Shown in pieces: positions 14,158 to 26,056 of a DNA stretch of 64,000 bases (positions within the stretch are counted from its first letter, which is position 1; each line of letters starts with the position of its first letter). The DNA is from Octopus vulgaris. Taxonomy: Eukaryota. Below the pieces are notes generated by a model. It was given only the letters and a program-made list of their open reading frames with translations. It made no database searches and was not told the origin of the DNA. The stretch spans positions 85,436,001 to 85,500,000 of the forward strand of contig OX597815.1 in assembly GCA_951406725.2 (NCBI GenBank). The letters are read 5' to 3'. The translations under genes and the position numbers were made by a program.

Positions 14158-15200
14158 CTAGCAAAGATACCCGGCGTTGACCATGTTACATGCAATTGAA
14201 GAATTAGACTTTTCTGTTATATTTTCTGTAATGAACGAGAATATCTATGTTTCGAATTTCATCAAAATTGCAGATGAGGGTTATTTCCCTCTTTACACAC
14301 CCTAAAAAATTGTAATCGTGCCACATGTATCCCATACTACTGATTTTTATGCGCATATTCCAAAATTCCAGTCTTATTGAACCTGTTAAAAGGATTTTGC
14401 TCCTGAAAAATGATGGTCATGGAGCTATTAAATGTGAGAGTTAAGCCCCCACGTTGGGGGTGGGTGTCTTAATGTCAAGCAGAGAAGTTGAATTGTTGAG
14501 AATCTTTTTAACTTGTGTCCTATATCTATTGTTTGAATTTCTTTGAAATAGGAAATATATATTCACTGGGTTTGTAAAAGAGAGCAAAGCTACAGGAAAC
14601 CAAAGAACAAATTATCACAATAAGCAGTCGGCTACCCTACCCTAATCGTTACCACTCCCAATGTAGGATTCCTCACCATCCAGGTGACAGGCACAGCCGT
14701 AAGATGCATTATGAATCTATAGCAATTGGAAGGGCGTGACCCAACTGAAATCAACATTAGCAACTGTATGACGTGAGGGCTAAGGAGAAATGAAAATGTC
14801 ACCTCTAGAGTTTGCAAATGACCACTATACTGATACGTAACTGGACAGAATAAATTTACAATCTATAAATGTCTTTGAATAACCAGTCGCTCATCTGGGA
14901 AGGCCTTGAAATCAATGTTACCATCTGGGAACTATGTGTGACCCAGTGATAATAAAAAGACTGAAAAGAGGTCTGTAATCAAATAACTTTACTCAACACT
15001 TTGCAACTGAATCAGTGGAGGCAAAGATGCCTCTCATTCACTTGACAATTTATGCACCACATTGTAGGAATCACAATGTAAGTGTATCTGAAAGCAAACT
15101 TTTATACTGTTGTACTATTGAATTAGAAATAATGCTCATCTTTTATGCTCGGGTAACCCTACAGCTTGCAAGAGTACAACTGTATTCGTCTTTGCCTAGA
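14157..15200 (-). mobile_element. Possible Helitron remnant
   Basis: Minus-strand end ...CAACGCCGGGTATCTTTGCTAG|T near 14157-14180; degenerate QLY/LASCRVT near 15150-15185 resembles the Pif1 QLYVALSRV motif. Confidence 0.35.
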
Positions 15201-15842
15201 TAAAATGACAAAATTGTGGGTGTTAAGTCCCCATGAAGGGATCTTTCTAACTTGTAAGAAGGTGAAATTTTATAAATATTACTTCATTTGTGTCTAATAT
15301 GTATGGTTAAAATTTCATCAACAGCAAAAATATATGAATTGTCACAGGAGAGTAAGTAACGCAGCCAAACAAGTTTAGATCTAAATAACTTTTTTATTTT
15401 AAAAGCAGAATGTATTTATCTTAGCATCAATGATAGAAGAAAGCATGAAGAATTTCATAGTTTTGATCCTATGCAACAAAAATTTGTATAAAAAACGCTG
15501 TGAGGTAAAATATCATTAAAAAAATATAAGTAAAGCAAAAAATTGGATTTAAGTATAATTAACTTTTTATTTTAAAAACAAACTATATTTTAAATTAAGC
15601 GTAAATGACAAAGCTCAATTCGAGAAATTAGTATCAATCGCATGTAATGAAGTTTTAATAGAAAAACTTTGAGTGTTTGTTTCTCAAATTTGAAGGTGAT
15701 AATATAGTTCTATACTTTTTTATGAATATAGTTCTAAAAGGGTACTTTTAATATATGTCACCAGAGTCATTGAAGTAAGGAAAAACATTATCAACAACAC
15801 CGCTAATTGACACATTGTTAATTAGCATAACAGTATAGCCTG

Positions 15843-16389
15843 GAATAAACATGGATTACATGGGAAAATGCGAGCAAGAGAAATAATATTCTTAAAATTA
15901 TAAATCTGGAAAATTACAGGACAAGTTATTACACTTGGAAAAATTGAGGACAACTTATTACATCTGGTAAAGTACAGAGCAAGAAAATTTTTACTCAAAA
16001 TAATGCAGCTAAGGATAAAATTTGAATAATAAAAATTATTTGATTTTAATTTACAAAGTAACATTATAATTTTAAAAAGGTATCATCATTTTGTTAAAAT
16101 ATTGACACACTAGAATACTTAAAAATTGAGGGCCAGAACTACCAAATAAAATTTTTTGTTTTAATAAAATCTAATATTTTCTAAATCTAAATATTTTATT
16201 TAGAATTTTATCCTTAGCTGCAATATTTTAAGTATAAATTTTCTTGTTCCGTACTTTACTAGATGTAATAAGTTATTCTGAACTTTTCCAAGTGTATAAT
16301 AACTTGTCCGGTAAATTTCCAGGTTTATAATCTTAAGAATATTATTTCTCTTGCTTGCATTTTTCCATGTAATGTATCCATGTATTCAA
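15843..16389. mobile_element. Foldback/MITE-like element with ~200-bp inverted arms
   Basis: About 15843-16040 is the diverged reverse complement of about 16185-16389 (e.g. GCAAGAGAAATAATATTCTTAA / TTAAGAATATTATTTCTCTTGC). Confidence 0.8.
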
Positions 16390-16552
16390 TGCTCAGCATG
16401 CACACCCATCAACGAGTGTGTATATATGTGCCTACGTACATCTATACTTTCATGTTACCATGCTTCAGTGATGTACAGACTTATTCTGAATGTTACTTAT
16501 ATAAACATACAACAATCACTGTACATATTGCATAAAAACTTCTAATGAATAC

Positions 16553-16602
<50 letters not shown>

Positions 16603-16607
<5 letters not shown>

Positions 16608-16725
16608 ATAGAAGGAGCTTCTATAGGACTAGAACTGTTTCATTCAAAAGAAATCATCAGGAACTTCCTGATGATTTCTTTTGAATGAAACAGTTCTAGT
16701 CCTGTAGAAGCTCCTTCTATAAAAT
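16603..16725. repeat. Near-perfect palindrome, 61-bp arms, 1-nt centre
   Basis: 16603-16663 pairs with 16665-16725 with one mismatch; lies between (TA)n tracts. Confidence 0.95.
16659..16715 (+). ncRNA. Type I hammerhead-ribozyme-like motif
   Basis: AGGAACUUC-CUGAUGA-uUUCuuuuGAAu-GAAA-CAG-uucuaguc-CUG-UA-GAAGCUCCU; predicted cleavage after A16706. Confidence 0.65.
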
Positions 16726-16794
16726 AAATTAATTTACTCTGCTATGTATTGAGTACCTTATTTACTGTGGTTAACCCCGACTCAACCCGGGACC

Positions 16795-16876
<82 letters not shown>

Positions 16877-17086
16877 AGTAGTTGAATGAATTATCCTAGT
16901 ATGGATAATTCGGTTAACCGATACCCGGGTAGTAAATTTACGTCAGAAATCACGGTTGAAGCTACATGCCAAGGGCAGAAATCACGTGCTTTCGTGTGGA
17001 AATTTGTGTGTTTTTTTACTATAAATAAATGGACTCCGTTTGGGCAGTCATCTAAAAGTTTTTGTTCGTCATGATGCTGACATAAG

Positions 17087-17186
17087 TTCCTTGTTTTTCC
17101 TGATGAGAGGGCGGCATAATGCACCCTTTATTCCTTCGGAAATTGAGAATATGCAGTCTTCGAAACATATGTCGAGAATAAAGGAA
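17087..17186 (+). ncRNA. Type I hammerhead ribozyme, Penelope-type (palindromic loop 3)
   Basis: UUCCUUGUUUUUC-CUGAUGA-GAGGGC...GUCUUC-GAAAC-auau-GUC-GAGAAUAAAGGAA; intact core, predicted cleavage after C17173. Confidence 0.75.
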
Positions 17187-17219
17187 TTTTGTTAAATCGT
17201 CGTTCGACTCCATTCTTTC

Positions 17220-17272
<53 letters not shown>

Positions 17273-17408
17273 TACAACAATCACTGGTAACACAAGTGTG
17301 TGTCTGTACGCCTGTATATGTGTTCGTGTCCCATGAGCGTAGACTTCTACTTCTTAATCTTAATATAATCTTTCTTTGATAGGTTTACTCCTTTTCTTCT
17401 ACCATTCT

Positions 17409-17596
17409 ACAGGGTGCGGCAGAAAGGTTGCTCTGATTTCAAAAGGTTGATAAAATGCAAACACATGAAGATACAAGAAAAAACAAACGATGCTTTCATG
17501 ATGGGTACTATCTGACACAGAAAAAGCAGTGGCTTCTAATGTGTTTGCTTTTTATTAACCTTTGAAATCGAGGCAACCTTTCTGCCGCAACTTGTT
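17409..17596. mobile_element. Tc1/mariner-type MITE
   Basis: TA-CAGGGTGCGGCAGAAAGGTTGC...GCAACCTTTCTGCCGCAACTTG long inverted termini. Confidence 0.75.
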
Positions 17597-17734
17597 TGAT
17601 TTTAATTGACAGCGTATGTGTGTGTGTGTGTGTGTGTGTATGTACGCTTGCGTGAGTGTGTGTTCATGACAGAGAGTGCACACCTCTCGCCGTTAACCTA
17701 AATGTAATCTTTCTTTGACAGGTTCTACTCTCTA

Positions 17735-18006
17735 TATTTTATGATTATGTGATTTTAATTTTATGTTATATACTCACGGACAACTGTAGCTAGCCCCGTT
17801 GATCGGTCATAACCAAAATATAGTGGGGAGCAACAACATGCCTAGGACAACACAACATATCTAGTGAGACATCTCCTTCTTTATGCTTGTACCTATTAGA
17901 TGCACGAATTCTTACCCCAAACAGGCAGTTTCAGGATGGGTCAAAACGATTGTTGTACTGAATAAAGACTAGTGGTAAATCTATTTTCCGTTTCCTTCAT
18001 CAATTA
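17735..18006. repeat. Right arm of the ~270-bp inverted repeat (partner 13886-14157)
   Basis: Reverse complement of the left arm with scattered substitutions. Confidence 0.9.
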
Positions 18007-18144
18007 TTATCTCAGTAAATACTGCGAAATTCCCGACGTAGATCCAGGGGAAAGATATCCCAACAATGGATGACATCAGGTAGCCCAAACTGTGAATGTG
18101 CTTTGCTCATCACATTAATTGACATATACCCATTAGTCAAAAGA

Positions 18145-18209
<65 letters not shown>

Positions 18210-18278
18210 ACGCAGGCATAGTTGTAGCTGTGTGGTTGAGAAGCCGGCTTTGCAGCTACGTACTTTCGGTTCAGTCTC

Positions 18279-18379
<101 letters not shown>

Positions 18380-19386
18380 CCTATCTGTCGGTCTATCTGT
18401 CTGTCTGTCTGTCTGTCTGTTTCTCTGTCTGTCTGTCTGTCTGCTTATCTGTCCGTCAGTCCGTCCCTCTGTCTATCCACAAAACAACCTTTATCACCAT
18501 CATCAACCCACTATCTGTCATCCACACCAACGCAACAACCATCATCAACATCAAAACCAATTCAACCACCACCATTAAAAACACGCCGACTCCCTTAATG
18601 ACCTTCAGCAACTAGTGTATAATCAAGGTAAGTAACTCCATCTAAAATAAAGACTATCACATGAGATGAAGTTTTACCCTAGTATATTTCAAACGTCGGA
18701 CGAAACACCTGATCTGAGGTCAATGAGAGTTGATAATTCTATCAATAAGAACAATATGATAAACACCACCATCTCCATCACCATCACAACACCAAACCAA
18801 TACAACTTCGCCACCACCACCACCACCACCACCACCACCACCACTATCATCTTTTGAATACCCATGTAGCACTAACAAGAATAGTGTCAGCGTTATAGTA
18901 ATGTCTATAGCTACATATGTTGTATGTCAACACAATAGAGCGCGCGTGTGTTTGTGTGTGTGTGCTTGTGAGCGCGCGCATATCTCTGTGAGCGAGAGAG
19001 ATAGAGAGAGAGAGAGTAGAGTGTGGACTTTTTAAGACTGAAGTTAGAGGTGCAGAAGATGAAGTACCCATGAATTTGGTTAACTATCAAGTAACTGTAA
19101 TCATACAGTACTTCCTTCCACATCTCTCTTTCACCCTTTCATTTTCTGTTTTTCATTCTTACATCCATAGTAACAAGACAACAATTTTTATCCGCTACAA
19201 AACAGTTCTTTCCTGGTACCTGCGATTTTAAAATTTACATATTTGTTTTATACAATTGTTGATTTCCGTCGCTGTTGGACTTACCTCCACTTCAATGGTG
19301 CCTGGGAAGAAGATATCAAGTGGAACTGAATGCAATAGTGAGAAAAATGAAGCATAAATGAATAATGATAAAATGAATAAATAAAT

Positions 19387-19414
19387 AATGACAACGACGA
19401 CAACGACGATGATA

Positions 19415-19465
<51 letters not shown>

Positions 19466-19510
19466 ATGATGATGATGATGATGATGATGATGATATTGAT
19501 GATGATGATT

Positions 19511-19608
<98 letters not shown>

Positions 19609-19660
19609 ATTGATGATGATGATGATGATGATTAAAATAATAATAAGGATGATGATGATG
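19387..19660. repeat. (GAT)n microsatellite
   Basis: Direct reading. Confidence 0.95.
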
Positions 19661-19666
19661 ATTTCT

Positions 19667-19672
19667 TTTATT
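19667..19672 (-). promoter_or_regulatory. Candidate AATAAA polyadenylation signal of the peroxidase
   Basis: TTTATT on + strand about 380 nt downstream of the stop; position only, no transcript evidence. Confidence 0.3.
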
Positions 19673-20051
19673 GACCATTGGGAAGCGTACATGAGTAAAA
19701 AGAATGATATTCTATAATAGTAATAATCTTTTAATAGTAATTTCTGAAATTAACGCGAAGTCATATATTATGAAGGAGAGCTCAGCCGATGAAATCGACC
19801 ATAGTACTTGAGTAGTTGTAGGGATTTCATCGCCCTCGTAAAGATGGAAGGTATTGTCAGATTCGATGGGATTTGACTTGGAAAATATAATTAAGTGACT
19901 AAATACCAGAAAGCTTTTTGTTCATCGCTCTACCGATTTTACTAATTCACAGTCCGAATAATTATAAGTTGAAGAATTAGGTAACAGGAAATAATAAAAA
20001 ACAAAACAAAAACAAAACAGAAAAGTGATAGAATTCAGAAGGTTTCGTTGT

Positions 20052-20319
20052 TTAACATCTTCCCCATACCCAGAAACTTCGGTTGTTGAAACGCACTAAT
20101 CTTCTGCATCTTCGACCAGAACATCTCTGGAAACGAGTATTTGACCCCTCACATCCGCATCCTTTTGGTGGCGGGGCGCTGTTGCACTGACGTTGAGATC
20201 TCTGGCGGCCACGTACGCAAGCACTCCACGGGCTCCAGTTTCCCCATCTTCCTGGTTCACATTGACCCCAAGCACTCAGATCGAATTTGGGTAAAGAGTC
20301 GCAGCTTACAAGACGATTG
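20052..20319 (-). CDS. Heme peroxidase terminal exon with TSP1-like module
   Basis: gtttttaag|CAAT...TAA; 268 nt, phase 2; NRLVSCDSLPKFDLSAW ends the peroxidase domain, then GRWGNWSPWSAC...RSQRQC...GCEG...C (thrombospondin type-1-like). Confidence 0.9.
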
Positions 20320-21390
20320 CTTAAAAACAATAAAAATAAAAGAAAGATTTAAAAAAAATCAAGCACTAAAACAACGAAACACAATTTATAAATCAAGGCA
20401 TTTCTTTCCATTTAAATCAACATGTATTTTGAAGCTTAGTCCGAGAAAAGTCTATCGGCGAATATGATGCGATTAAGCAACTGCTGGAACGAACCCACCG
20501 AAATTATAGCGAAAGATTCTGCATTATTATCTACCGCTATCTGACAAATGATCTATACAAATAGCGACTATTACACCACATTTTGTAATGTCAATTGATT
20601 AAAAAAGAACTCCCCAAAAGTTAGCATGGTAAAGCCTATCAAAACGCAAACTGCTTGCATCATCATACTATCACCACTATAACTATTCTTCAACTCAGTG
20701 CTCCGGCATGGCCACAGCCTTTTGGCTGAAACATGTAGAAGAGTAAATAACTTCGTAAATAAATAATCCGATAAAGATGACTGCAGATTATATATAACTC
20801 AAACTGTTTTAGACCGAAGCTGGAGAACAAATATGCATAGGTTATGCAATATTAATATTGTACAATCCCATGCATTTCGTTGACAGCTGCTACAACTCTG
20901 AAGCATCGTCTAGCGCACGTGATAATGAAATTACGCAATGTAAACCACCCTGATGGATGACAAAGATCATTTAGGTTTGACAAAACTAGAGAAAGAGAAA
21001 ACTTGAGAACTATACCAATATTGACATGGAATATAACTTCTCTCAACCTTGAGATCACAAAAGTACGTTACATTTCAACGTTTTGTTTTGCAAACCAAAA
21101 GCAAGGGAAACCTACGAAATAGATTCTTTCCTCAAACTACTTTCTCTCTGGGACATTTACCACCGACTTGTTTTCCTCTGGTCTATGATATTCAGTTCTT
21201 TAAGCTTCTTTGTCATTTTTTGAATATGTAGTGCTCCATCCTTCTTTTTTTTTATTTGTCTTACGTTACAGTGGCCGCAACTCTTGTTTGGGACAAAATC
21301 GTAAAAAAAAATCTTCTGCACAAAAGAGACGGCAAAGCCATGAAACAATCAAAGTGCAACAGAAAATTTCGGTTATTATTACAGATTTGT

Positions 21391-21822
21391 AAGACGGCGA
21401 GATGGCAGAAACGTTAGCACGCTGGGCGAAATGCTTAGCCGTGTTTCGTCTGCCGTTACGTTCTGAGTTCAAATTCCGCCGAGGTCGACCTTGCCTTTCA
21501 TCCTTTCGGGGTCGATAAAATAAGTACCAGTTACGCACTGGGGTCGATATAATCGACTTAATCCGTTTGTCTGTCCTTGTTTGTCCCCTCTGTGTGTAGC
21601 TCCTTGTGGGCAGTAAAGAAATAAGAAACGTTAGTACGCCGGGCGAAATGCTTAGCGGTATTTCGTCTGTCTTTACGTTCTGAGTTCACATTCCGCCGAG
21701 GTCGACTTTTCCTTTCCTTTCGTGGTCGATAAATTAAGTACCAGTTGCGTACTGTGGGTCAATCTAATCGACAGGGCCCCTCACCAAAAATTTCGGGCCT
21801 TGTGCCTAGAATAGAAAAGATT
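21391..21822 (+). mobile_element. Dimeric SINE with 12-bp TSD
   Basis: Two SINE units flanked by TTACAGATTTGT (21379-21390 and 21823-21834). Confidence 0.85.
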
Positions 21823-22462
21823 TTACAGATTTGTGGAAGAAATTACACAAGTTAACCTCAGTGTATCTTCCAAATGCTATCAAGACAGCATGACGTTACG
21901 AAAACAATATATATTGCCATCCTCAAGAAATATGGCCTTGGATAAATATAAAAAAATATTTCTGAAGTTGAGTACATTTATACACTTCAATAAAAACTTC
22001 CAGCAAAAGCAAACACGACAAATGTGATATAATTGTTTGAGAGTGAAAACAAACGATACTCTGTTGTTAAAGTCAATAAGTAGATGTGAGAATTTTATTT
22101 AAAATCAATGATGAAGCGAACTTTCATGGCTACTGCTTCGAAATCTATAATATGTCTACCCAGATTATGGATTTACACTTGGTTATGTTACTAAGTGTTT
22201 AGTAATAATCATGAATAGTCATAGCTTTGAGGCAATAAAAGACAGGCCATCTAACAAATCAGATAGTCTAACGAATTCAGATATAAACTGCGAGTAGAAC
22301 GGGAATAAATATCCATCTTTCTAAAATCGTGTAAATGACACTGTACTGTGCTCGGTTTCTAAACTTGGAGTTTTGTATTTTAGTTAAAATGGGTCCCTTG
22401 ATAATCTGCATTTATACATACTACGTACGTTTCATATGTGCGTATTTATATGTTATTTATAG

Positions 22463-22541
<79 letters not shown>

Positions 22542-22589
22542 ATAGAATTTGTGTACAGTTTTCGTCAGTCAATGTTCACTCATTGAACT

Positions 22590-23270
22590 GTTAAACTCGA
22601 GGTCATTATAGAAAACGCCTACCCAAAGTGGCGCAGAGGTGAAGGTGAAATCCGAAACCAAGTAGTTGTAAGCTCTCTTTCTCTCTCTCTCCACTTCTTT
22701 CTCACTGCTACATACATACATCAGCCCCATAAGGAGATACCAACGGAATTTTCGTTCCAACAACCTACTAAACAACCATGCTCAACAAACCCACACCACA
22801 CGCAATAATTACCAACGACGGCCCCCTAAAACGTCACACCCGAATATGGGATATCGGGACACACTTTTTAATACTGTTCCAAGAACCCACACCATAAATC
22901 AAAGCAGGGCACCCCGCAACAACAAGGAACAACTACATGATAGCTACCGTCCCAACCACCGCAATAATTTTTTAGACCTAATACACAAACACAGAGACAC
23001 AAGATAGCACCAAACAGGCAGGAGGAACCAAAAGTTATAAAAATTACCAATCTAACTCACAATGAACTAACAGCGAACCAAATCAATATACTCTCCAAAG
23101 GACTCAAGTTTACACCCACCCCACAACACCCCAACTACAATGAAATGAAGAAGACATCACAGAATTCTGTAGAAAATTACGACTTGCTGAGGAGCTATAC
23201 GACAAATACAACGAGAACGAATCGTTGGTCCGAAATAGGAGTAACTACACCCCCTCAAAAGGTAAGAACA
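22590..23270 (+). mobile_element. Penelope-like element ORF fragment upstream of the RT domain
   Basis: ITNLTHNELTANQINILSKGLKFTPTP...DITEFCRKLRLAE resembles the L-x-KGL-x-F-x-PTP block of Penelope-like elements; left boundary approximate. Confidence 0.6.
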
Positions 23271-23274
23271 AGTC

Positions 23275-24512
23275 GATCATGGAATGATATGTCACAAACT
23301 GCATGATCTCGGCATAGCTGGAAAACCGGGAGAATGGATTCATGACTTCCTGAAGGCTAGAAGTCAGATGGTAGTAGCCAATGGGGCCACCTCCAATGAC
23401 ACGCAAATAGCGTTCCGCAATGACCCGCAATGACACGCAAATAGTGTTCTACAAGGCACTGTTTGGGACCACTACTGCTCATAATGGCCCTCCCAGACAT
23501 GCTCTCAGCCACGCAGATAGCCACGATCACAAGTTATGAAAATGATACAAAAGTCTCACAGGTAATACAGAACTCTGAAGATACTATGCACCTGCAATGT
23601 GAGCTGGATGAAATATACAAGTGGGCTGAAAAGAATAGCATGCAGTTCAATGCTGAAAAGTTTCAAGCTTTATGCTATCAGCATGCAAAACTAAATGCAA
23701 TACCCATTAAATACACTGGACCTGGAGGGATTGCAATCTCAGAGGCACAGTCAGTGCGAGACCTGGGCATTTATATGAGTAATGATGCAACCTTTTGTGT
23801 GCATGTTGCTAAATTGGCAATGAAATGCAGGCGGCTGACCGGATAGATTCTTAGAACTTTTATAACAAGAGATCAGGAAACCATGATGGTCCTTTGGCGG
23901 ACACTTGTCCTAAGCCACTTTGACTATTGCTCTCAGCTATGGTCACCAACCAGTATCGAATTAATCTCAGAACTTGAAGCAATCCAGCGAAGCTACACGA
24001 AGAAGATAGCCTCTATGCAGCATATAAGCTATTGGGAAAAACTCAAGAGATTAAGAGTCTATTCCTTAGAGCGTACGCGGGAAAGATATGCCATAACATT
24101 CATTTGGAAGATCCTGGAAGGATTTGACTCAAACTTTGGCATCGAGAGTTACACATACTAGAATTGGGCCCCACTGCATAGTGCTAAGGACTCCAAATTT
24201 GCCATCATGACGTAGGACAAGATACTGCAATAGCCTGGGCTTCAGAGGTCCACAACTCTTCAATATCCTCCCGAAGGGCCCGAGAGACCTGCATGGGGTG
24301 GATGTAGGTGTCTTCAAAATAAAATTGGACCTCTTACTGTCAAGTGTCCTAGGTGAAACAACTTCGCGGCAGGAGGTGCAGATGAGGGCAGCTGCATCAA
24401 ACTCATGCACCAAACATCAATTCGTAAAAAGTATTCGTGAAGTAAAATTATGTAGCAACGCCAAATGGCGGTACCCCAGCATGACCACAGCTCTTGAGCT
24501 GAAACTAGATAA

Positions 24513-24515
<3 letters not shown>
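23275..24515 (+). mobile_element. CR1-group LINE, 3' RT region and tail
   Basis: LHDLGIAG...WIHDFL, QGTV.GPLL, SYENDTKV, WAEKNSMQFNAEKF, VRDLGI, DYCSQLWSP, LEAIQR, SYWEKLKRL; tail GGTACCCCAGCATGACCACAGCTCTTGAGCTGAAAC. Confidence 0.85.
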
Positions 24516-24566
<51 letters not shown>

Positions 24567-24628
24567 GCCATGATAGACCGCTAGCCACTACACATTCTTT
24601 ATGTTCTCTTCTTGTTTCTTTCTGTGTT

Positions 24629-24666
24629 TCTTTCTGTGGAAGAGCGTAGGCTCGAAACGTTAAAGA
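24629..24666 (+). ncRNA. Atypical minimal hammerhead-like motif
   Basis: UCUUU-CUGUGGAA-GAGC-guag-GCUC-GAAAC-GUU-AAAGA; variant core, stem III possible only through the AACGUU palindrome in a dimer. Confidence 0.35.
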
Positions 24667-24753
24667 CTTTTTCACTTCCCGAGCGTTAAACTAATACACC
24701 TGTTTGTTGTCTACACCGCCTGTCTTCGCCTTTTGTCTTTTTTTGTGAATTCT

Positions 24754-24800
<47 letters not shown>

Positions 24801-25015
24801 TATATATATATGCATGTTAATGTATGTATATATGTATACATATACATACATATTTGTAGACATATATGTAAATATATGCATGTAAATATGTATGTATGTG
24901 TATGAGTGTTATTGTATTTGTATGTTATATATGTGTTCAGGTATATATTTACTTGTGTGTGTGCATGTGTCTGCGCGAATGCGTTTACTCAGAAAAAAAA
25001 AACAACAACACTTAC

Positions 25016-25118
25016 TTGCCATTCGAAAGAAGAAATGAATTAGGTTGTATTCTCGAAATGTTAGTGTTGGTGCAGATAATTGCAGACAATGATGTTTGTC
25101 GTATTTGATCCAATTGAT
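25016..25118 (-). CDS. Heme peroxidase exon (absent from ORF track)
   Basis: ttctatag|ATCA...GCAA|gtaagt; 103 nt, phase 1->2; NQLDQIRQTSLSAIICTNTNISRIQPNSFLLSNG. Confidence 0.93.
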
Positions 25119-25175
25119 CTATAGAAAAAGAGTAGAGAGAAATAAGACATTAATTACTAATGCACACATATACAC

Positions 25176-25206
<31 letters not shown>

Positions 25207-25338
25207 TGTATGTATGTATGTATGTATGTATGTATGTATGCATGAATGTATGAACTTATGTACGTATGTGTGTAATTATAGTACTATCTAGAATATGCAT
25301 ATATATATATATATGCATACGCACACATACATACACAT

Positions 25339-25370
<32 letters not shown>

Positions 25371-25520
25371 GTATAAATTATACACACACACATATACACA
25401 CATAATCAACAATTTGATCTTGAAAAATGACTGCATATTTGTCTATAGTAATTGGATATCGCACTGCTTGTTTACAAGACTATATACATACACATACATA
25501 AGCACATATATACAAGCGCG

Positions 25521-25597
<77 letters not shown>

Positions 25598-26056
25598 AAA
25601 GAAAGCAAATTGGAAAGTGTTGCTAATCACATATTTAAGTAATAATAACGTGGTTGTCAACTTTCTGTTTTCAGCATCGGAAATAGCCCCAATAGGAGTA
25701 AATACCGTTTTTAATAAAATGATTAAGGGTTTAGCTAATGTTATTTGACTGAGCAAGCGATATCGAAGTCTATACTTACGACGGCAAAATCCAATAAATT
25801 CAGAAATACTTGGAGTTGTCGCCGTTGCTTGCACGGCCAAAAAATTGTATCAGTTTAACCTTAATATCTTATTGTCGTGATCCCCTAATTTAACCTTACT
25901 ATAGGTATTTCCGACAGTAAAAGCATTTAAAATAACCAGAAACAAATTTTTATTTTCAACATATGTCGTTAGTTCATCTTTATAAGATACTCAATGAATC
26001 TCACTCCTCGACGTTATACATGTATTTAACGAACATTTCCATATCGAAAACTAGAT

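Noticed and set aside
25768-25860. Minus-strand segment ending at GTAAGT as a missing peroxidase exon
   Set aside because: No peroxidase similarity; exons 32074-32243 and 25016-25118 already join in phase
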